Origin: a virus
Length of the DNA stretch: 64,000 bases
Direction: 5' to 3' (one strand)
Virus record (IMG/VR): IMGVR_UViG_3300008108_000039
Span: 32,001 to 96,000 of that record
Shown one piece after another: positions 58,372-64,000 of this stretch (its first letter is position 1; the number at the start of each line of letters is the position of its first letter). Position numbers and translations under genes: made by a program. The notes under the pieces were generated by a model. The model made no database searches. It had not been told where the DNA came from and was given only the letters and a program-made list of their open reading frames with translations.

Positions 58372-60132
58372 TTATGCAGGGAATGTAGCGCCAGTTGGTT
58401 GAATATTAAAGTTTAATATAATGAATTCAGCAGTCTTAGTTGGTTGAATATAAATCTGACCTACTAACTGATTTCTATCAATTACATCAGGAGTGTTATT
58501 CGTATCGTCCATTATTACTCTATATGCAAATAAACCTTGACGTTGAGCTACTGATTCTAAATATGGATTAACTTGTGCTAAGAATCTATTACGTGTAACA
58601 TTTGTATTTTGTTCAAATACTAAGTTACGAGATACTTGACCAATAAATCCTTTTAAGGCAATTAACAAACGACGAACATTTACACGATCTAAAGCTGTTG
58701 CTCTACGTTGTAATGTTTTTTGTCCATATACTACTACTCCTTCACTTGGGAATGTAGCTAATGGGTTAACGTTTGCATTGTATAATACATCACGATCAGC
58801 TTGAGATAATCTTCTTTCAGCTCTTAATACATTTGGTACACCACCACGATTAATACCGGCAGGTGCAAACCAAGGTTGAGCTACTTGATCATTAAATGCT
58901 AACACACCACCCATTACTGTTGATGGAGGACACCATACTGCCTTACCTAAATTAGAACTAAATAATTGAACCCAAGGCCAATAAGTTCCAGCATAATTAC
59001 TAGATTGACCAGCTGCAGATGTTGCAGCACCAATTACTGTGCTACCGTATCCTTTAGTATCAATAATAGCAAAAGCATCACCTCTACTTTCTACAGTTGA
59101 AATCATAGTTGAAGCCGCTGCATTATCTAAGGTAACACCAGGAGCTAATAATACGTTAAATGAATATTCATCACTATTTAATAATAAATTAAAGGCATTT
59201 TGATAATCAGTAGCTGAAAATCCTTGTATATTTGTTGCTGAAATGTTTTCATTCATTAATTGAACTGCATTTGTAGCCGCAACACCACCTGTAAAAGCTC
59301 CACCAATTGAACCACTACCTAAAGCAGGTAAACCACCAGCATATGTAGTACCAGTTCCGTTAGGGATAACAGAACCAGATTTATAAAATCCGTTATTATC
59401 TAAAGAATCTACTTGAGGGTTTACTACTGATCTAACACGAACATATTGAGAAGCGTTAGCATATGAACCTGTAAGTTCCACAAAAGGAAGACCAGTAGTT
59501 GAATCTACTCTATATACAGGTTTAATATCACCAATTACACGAGAAATAAAATTAGGTAAATTTGGATCTAATGATAAATTAGGCCAAGTTTCTAAATAAT
59601 TAGATTGAGCCGTATTGTCGTTACCAGCACGGATAGCTAAAGTAAATGTACCACTACCTGTGTTAACTTGTGTTACTTCCCAACGCACATTAAGTGTACT
59701 ACCACTTACTAAAGCACCAGCAACTATAGAGCCACTATTGTTCATTACATCACCCCAAGCAAGGGTTTCAAGAACAAATGAAGCTTCATTTGCTACTGCA
59801 GGTCCAGAAGCTGTAACTGAAGCTGAAGCATATACAGATACATTTGCACTACCACTAATAACACGAGTTACTAATAATGTTTGACCACCGTTACTAAAAA
59901 ATTCACGAGCAGCTTGTGAAGTTAGATATTCATAGTAATAACTAGCACTTCTAAAGGTTTCACCAAATTGAGCTGCATATTCAGAGTATGAAGTTATAAC
60001 AGTAGGTACTAATGGTTGACCTTTTACTGTAGGACCAACTAATGCAGTTGCAGTACCTTGTATACCTCTTTGTACTAAAGAAGCATCACTTTCATTCTGA
60101 AAAACGCCGGGACTTATAATTTTTTCTGACAT
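58372..60132 (-). CDS. Tail sheath protein (gp18-like)
   Basis: SPGV...E.D, GP..KG, YWPW, PWFAPAG..RG, VNPL, GQKTL, RVNVRRL, PTKTAEFI. Confidence 0.95.
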   Translation of the reverse strand: MSEKIISPGVFQNESDASLVQRGIQGTATALVGPTVKGQPLVPTVITSYSEYAAQFGETFRSASYYYEYLTSQAAREFFSNGGQTLLVTRVISGSANVSVYASASVTASGPAVANEASFVLETLAWGDVMNNSGSIVAGALVSGSTLNVRWEVTQVNTGSGTFTLAIRAGNDNTAQSNYLETWPNLSLDPNLPNFISRVIGDIKPVYRVDSTTGLPFVELTGSYANASQYVRVRSVVNPQVDSLDNNGFYKSGSVIPNGTGTTYAGGLPALGSGSIGGAFTGGVAATNAVQLMNENISATNIQGFSATDYQNAFNLLLNSDEYSFNVLLAPGVTLDNAAASTMISTVESRGDAFAIIDTKGYGSTVIGAATSAAGQSSNYAGTYWPWVQLFSSNLGKAVWCPPSTVMGGVLAFNDQVAQPWFAPAGINRGGVPNVLRAERRLSQADRDVLYNANVNPLATFPSEGVVVYGQKTLQRRATALDRVNVRRLLIALKGFIGQVSRNLVFEQNTNVTRNRFLAQVNPYLESVAQRQGLFAYRVIMDDTNNTPDVIDRNQLVGQIYIQPTKTAEFIILNFNIQPTGATFPA

Positions 60133-60206
60133 TTTATATTATTATTTTTGGAATTTATTAGGATTAACCTAACAATAAATATCCAAAAACCGTAATAAAA
60201 TGCAGA

Positions 60207-60476
60207 TTATTGTTGAATAGGTGTAATTTCCCCTGTTTCGGAATTAATATCACCAGCTCCGTATTTTTCTTCGAGTGTTTTAATTAATTCTAATTCTTGT
60301 TTGCTGATTGTTGTGATATCAGATATTAAACCTTTTTTTTCTTCTTGAAGTTTTTCAATTTGTTGTTGAAATGCAATAATTTGCGTTTCAGCTACACCAA
60401 TTTCAAATACGGTTTGATTATATCTTGATTGTAAATCTTTAATAGATTGTAATTCTTCTGTTGTTAATGTTTTCAT
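60207..60476 (-). CDS. Coiled-coil hypothetical protein
   Basis: Heptads ending LEEKYG.G.I..ETGEI. Confidence 0.65.
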   Translation of the reverse strand: MKTLTTEELQSIKDLQSRYNQTVFEIGVAETQIIAFQQQIEKLQEEKKGLISDITTISKQELELIKTLEEKYGAGDINSETGEITPIQQ

Positions 60477-60483
60477 ATACTTT

Positions 60484-60732
60484 TTATTTTGTCCAAAACT
60501 TTTTAGGGCATGCTTCAGGACCCGGTAATGGTGAAAATACTTTTTTATCTAAGGGGCATCCACATTCTCCACAAATATGAATATTTAAAGCTTTAATGTA
60601 CTTTTTATAAGAACAAGTATCACAAATATTAGCTCTATGTCTAGCTATTTCTTCATCTTCAGAAGATGGATTAGCTGCAGTTACCCATGATTGAAATATT
60701 TCACTAATTTTGTTCATCTTCGGTAACCAATT
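60484..60732 (-). CDS. Cys-rich small protein (start uncertain)
   Basis: R..ICDTC...CGECGCPL..K...ACP..FW; true start probably at MNKISE near 60717. Confidence 0.55.
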   Translation of the reverse strand, partial: NWLPKMNKISEIFQSWVTAANPSSEDEEIARHRANICDTCSYKKYIKALNIHICGECGCPLDKKVFSPLPGPEACPKKFWTK

Positions 60733-61159
60733 TAAAAAATACTGGGTAGTTATTGTCTGATTTAAGATCTTCAAACGAGCTAAGAGGAAATGGTTTATAT
60801 TCTAATTCCTTTTCTTCATTTAATAACATCTTAAATTCATTTTGAAATTCCATAAATTTTGGATTTACAGTATTTTCAGTTTGTTCATCACCTTCTGTAA
60901 GGTAAAGTGATATACTATATCCTCCGCTTTCATTAACTTCACCGTATTTTTTAATCAATTCATCTTTCAAAGATTCAATAGCTTGTTTTTCAACAGTTAT
61001 TTTTTTAGCTAATTCTGTTAGCCAATATTTAGTTGTAAGTTTTAAATTTTCACTTAACAAACCAGTACTTAGCTGTTCACCTGTTGATTGATTCACAACA
61101 CCGTTTAACTCCGAATCTAATTGATAAAATTCGAGTAACTTTAAACTAATTGTAGCCAT
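60704..61159 (-). CDS. Hypothetical protein
   Basis: TKYWL..L...ELIKKYG...NPKF.EF..E. Confidence 0.65.
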   Translation of the reverse strand: MATISLKLLEFYQLDSELNGVVNQSTGEQLSTGLLSENLKLTTKYWLTELAKKITVEKQAIESLKDELIKKYGEVNESGGYSISLYLTEGDEQTENTVNPKFMEFQNEFKMLLNEEKELEYKPFPLSSFEDLKSDNNYPVFFKLVTEDEQN

Positions 61160-61162
61160 TAA

Positions 61163-61525
61163 TTATTTTGATTTTTTGGTAGGTTTTTTAGTAGTAGCTT
61201 TTTTAGTAGCAGTTTTTTTAACTTTTCTTACTACTTCGTTTGCTTCGGTAACAGCAGATGCTACTGTTTCAGAAGATGTACCTAAAGGAGCACCAAAATA
61301 TTCTACAACCTTTTTATTTTGTACTTCAGAATCAGGAGCATTATAAATACCTACAGGAGCTCCAAAATGTTCTACAACATTTTTTGAATTTTCAGAAGAT
61401 TTTACAGGATTTTCTACAACCACTTCAAATGTGCTGTTAGAGGTTTTTACTTTTTTCGATACAAGTTGTTTTACAACTAAGAAAAATACTGCAGCTGCAG
61501 CTAAAAAGAGAATGAATGTTAGCAT
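61163..61525 (-). CDS. Membrane-anchored protein with internal repeat and Lys-rich tail
   Basis: N-terminal TM; VVEHFGAP/VVEYFGAP repeat; KKTATKKATTKKPTKK. Confidence 0.65.
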   Translation of the reverse strand: MLTFILFLAAAAVFFLVVKQLVSKKVKTSNSTFEVVVENPVKSSENSKNVVEHFGAPVGIYNAPDSEVQNKKVVEYFGAPLGTSSETVASAVTEANEVVRKVKKTATKKATTKKPTKKSK

Positions 61526-61551
61526 AAATTTTATTTTTTATTTATTTGATA

Positions 61552-61582
61552 TAAATATATACAAAAGATGGGAGACAACCAA
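61552..61582 (-). promoter_or_regulatory. Promoter TTG-N20-TATATTTA upstream of the 61163-61525 ORF
   Basis: TTG gttgtctcccatcttttgta TATATTTA. Confidence 0.6.
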
Positions 61583-61586
61583 ATTT

Positions 61587-61748
61587 TTATTTATTTTTTA
61601 AGATAAATAAAGATTCCTCTGTTTCTTGTATACTACTTTCTAGTTTAATTATTGATTCTAAATCTCCATTACTTAATGCTAGATTTTTCAAATTATATAA
61701 ATTAGCAAGTTTATTCTCTAATATTTTAATTATTTCATCTATTTTCAC
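61587..61748 (-). CDS. Small helical protein (53 aa, GTG start, not in ORF track)
   Basis: MKIDEIIKILENKLANLYNLKNLALSNGDLESIIKLESSIQETEESLFILKNK. Confidence 0.5.
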   Translation of the reverse strand: MKIDEIIKILENKLANLYNLKNLALSNGDLESIIKLESSIQETEESLFILKNK

Positions 61749-61767
61749 CTAAATAAAATTTTAACTA

Positions 61768-64000
61768 TTAATAATATAGCATTGATCTCATAACCTCAAC
61801 AGATGTGTGTTTTATAATCCATAGATATTTTAACCCATCAGGTGTAGTAAATACTTCCATTCTATTACCAATAATAGCAGCTCCCGGGTTTCCAAAAGGT
61901 GCAAATCCTGCACCATGTACTTGATTAGTAGTAACATCTAAATAATAAAATCTCATAGTAGCATCTTTTGTAAAGTAAATTCTATCACCACCATCATAAG
62001 CATACATTGTACCTGTTGTTAAAGTTTCTGGTTGTGGGCTTGTTGCTAACACTTCTACTTTATCTGTTGGAATATCAATGTAATCAAAGTTATTAACTGC
62101 ACCACCTCTTGCTATATAAATTCTTCTTCCACGTAAATTAGGATCTGAATTACCTTGTACCCATTGAGCTTCAATTCCTGTACTTCTAATAGGTTGTTGT
62201 AATATGGCATATGATGAACTTACAAGACCAGGTGCAGTACCAAGTGCAGCAAATGTAAGAGTGTTGTTTGTATTACTAGCTATAGTAGATTCTTGTCCTT
62301 GACCAGTACCAGTTAATATTTTTATTCTTCGACCTGCAAAAAAGTTAGTTAACCAACCAGAAGAACTTATTTGTCCAAGAGCAGCACTTTGAGAATAGTT
62401 AACAAGATATGTTCCTATACTACTACTTTGGAAAGTATTTGGTCCAAAAGCAGTAATAAATGTACCTGGTGCTACAAAACTTCCTGTTATTACTGAGCCT
62501 ATTCCTAAACCTCCTGTAACAAAAGAGTTTAATGTAACTGTTAATACGTTTCCTGCTATTGAACCAGAACCAAGAAAGCTAGTGTTTATGTCTTGTAAAG
62601 TAGTTGTTGATGGAGCACTACCAGTGGCAAAACCAGTATACATAGATCCTATCATTTCAGGTCTTGTTATGATATATCTTGAAACTCCATTAATAGGAGC
62701 AGTATTTGCTACTGTAGCAAATGTTAATGTAGTAGCAGTATTTGATAATATTCTTAGGTTTTGACCTGATACTAAACCAGAAGCAGCAGTCATTGTAGAT
62801 GTTACCATATGTACAACATAGTTAGCCCATTGATTTACTCTCCAGTTTTTAGTTGTATCAGATAATTGTGTTTGACTTTGTAAACCAGTTAAAGTAGTTG
62901 ACGCTGGAGTTCCAGGCATTGTATAGGTAAAGGTTAAAGGGGTAGGTACTGATACAATAGTAAATGTACCATTAAAGTTAGCATCAGTAGCACCTCTTAC
63001 TGTTACTGTTTGGCCTGCTCTATAACTATGAGTAACGGCCATAGTAACAGTAGCTGTTGTAGTTACGTTAGCAAGTGAAGCAATCGCTTGAGGTCTATTA
63101 GAACCAAGTTGAACAGAACCACTGCATGCTAAACCACCATCTTCGTCTCTACCAAAAGTCATTAAATCATCAGATATATTTAATATATGGGCAGTAGCAT
63201 TATTTCCTAAGAAAAGATAATTTTTATCTGTATCAGCAGTTATAGTATAAACAGATGTATTATCTAAAGCTACAGAAGATGAACCATATAACGTTAAAGA
63301 ACTAGAGTTATTTGATAAAATAGGAGCATATAAACCCGTTCCACTACCACTAGTAATACGTACAGCATAATTTTTCCATCTATTTACAGACCAGTTTTTA
63401 GTAGAATCTACTAATAACCCAAAAGATCCAGATGTTGCTCTACCAGCATCAAATCCATCTATGAAATATTGTGAACCAGAATTAGGTGCTACAGACATTG
63501 TTTCATAAGTTAATGTAGTAGCAGTATTTGATAATATTCTAGCTTGTTGACCTTCTCCTTGTCCGCTCCATATTCTTACATAATAACTTCCACTAATACT
63601 ACTACTAGCCCATTGATTTGTAAGCCATGCTTTTGAGGTATCTGTTAAGCTAGATGTAGTACCAGTTATAGTTGCTACACCTCTTTCCCATATTGTAGCT
63701 TGATCTCCTGTTCTTTCAATAGTGGCATCAGTACCAACAGACGCTATATTATTAGTTACTGCTGATCTAACATACCATGTATCTGTAATTATATCATATT
63801 GTTGTAATGTATAGAATGGAGTAGCAGCAGCAGATGATGCTAAAAGTATAGCTCCTCCTTCTACTTTATAACGAGATGAAGAATCAGGTATAATAGACCA
63901 AGGATTATCAAGAGTAGCAATAGAAGCTTCTATATTCACTACGGTTTGGGAACCAGCTGCAGAAGCAATAGCAGGAGAAAATACAGCAGGGTTTGCAAAA
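61768..64000 (-). CDS. Large repeat-containing virion/tail-fibre-like protein (5' end beyond window)
   Basis: Frame open to the window edge; about four repeats of W..N.W....V.I.SG.G.GQ...I.SN....LT; T/S/G-rich; C-terminal propeller-like segment. Confidence 0.75.
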   Translation of the reverse strand, partial: FANPAVFSPAIASAAGSQTVVNIEASIATLDNPWSIIPDSSSRYKVEGGAILLASSAAATPFYTLQQYDIITDTWYVRSAVTNNIASVGTDATIERTGDQATIWERGVATITGTTSSLTDTSKAWLTNQWASSSISGSYYVRIWSGQGEGQQARILSNTATTLTYETMSVAPNSGSQYFIDGFDAGRATSGSFGLLVDSTKNWSVNRWKNYAVRITSGSGTGLYAPILSNNSSSLTLYGSSSVALDNTSVYTITADTDKNYLFLGNNATAHILNISDDLMTFGRDEDGGLACSGSVQLGSNRPQAIASLANVTTTATVTMAVTHSYRAGQTVTVRGATDANFNGTFTIVSVPTPLTFTYTMPGTPASTTLTGLQSQTQLSDTTKNWRVNQWANYVVHMVTSTMTAASGLVSGQNLRILSNTATTLTFATVANTAPINGVSRYIITRPEMIGSMYTGFATGSAPSTTTLQDINTSFLGSGSIAGNVLTVTLNSFVTGGLGIGSVITGSFVAPGTFITAFGPNTFQSSSIGTYLVNYSQSAALGQISSSGWLTNFFAGRRIKILTGTGQGQESTIASNTNNTLTFAALGTAPGLVSSSYAILQQPIRSTGIEAQWVQGNSDPNLRGRRIYIARGGAVNNFDYIDIPTDKVEVLATSPQPETLTTGTMYAYDGGDRIYFTKDATMRFYYLDVTTNQVHGAGFAPFGNPGAAIIGNRMEVFTTPDGLKYLWIIKHTSVEVMRSMLYY

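Overview
A 64 kb, very AT-rich segment of a large lytic myovirus-type (contractile-tail) phage. Essentially all genes are on the minus strand and read in standard code 11. The promoter architecture (TTG-N20-TATATTTA, resembling the Bacteroidota -33/-7 consensus) and A-rich leaders mostly lacking Shine-Dalgarno motifs suggest a Bacteroidota host (inference). In transcription order (right to left): (1) tail fibre-like protein, tail sheath, tube, a tail chaperone pair joined by a probable programmed frameshift, tape measure, baseplate/hub; (2) a T4-like replication block with a small PolA-like protein, SSB, RecA/UvsX, 5'-3' exonuclease, helicase, thioredoxin, class II RNR, PolB, sliding clamp, clamp loader, Cas4-like nuclease and GroES/GroEL; (3) embedded in that block, a 7-deazaguanine DNA-modification set (queD, dpdA/TGT-like, queC, queE, folE) and a eukaryote-like WGR-regulatory-catalytic PARP; (4) a ~16.7 kb glycan locus with glycosyltransferases, gmd, rfbB, rfbH/E1, a C-methyltransferase and a ThDP enzyme + DmpF + DmpG + reductase module whose chemistry points to an erwiniose-like C10 branched sugar. 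Other notable observations: four free-standing endonuclease genes each carry a hairpin with the promoter in its 5' arm/loop and the start codon or ribosome-binding region in its 3' arm; the helicase and clamp-loader genes each appear to lack a short conserved segment; PolB has unusual active-site residues and an SH3-like insert. No tRNA, rRNA or CRISPR array was recognised. All family assignments come from motif recognition by eye, not database searches.
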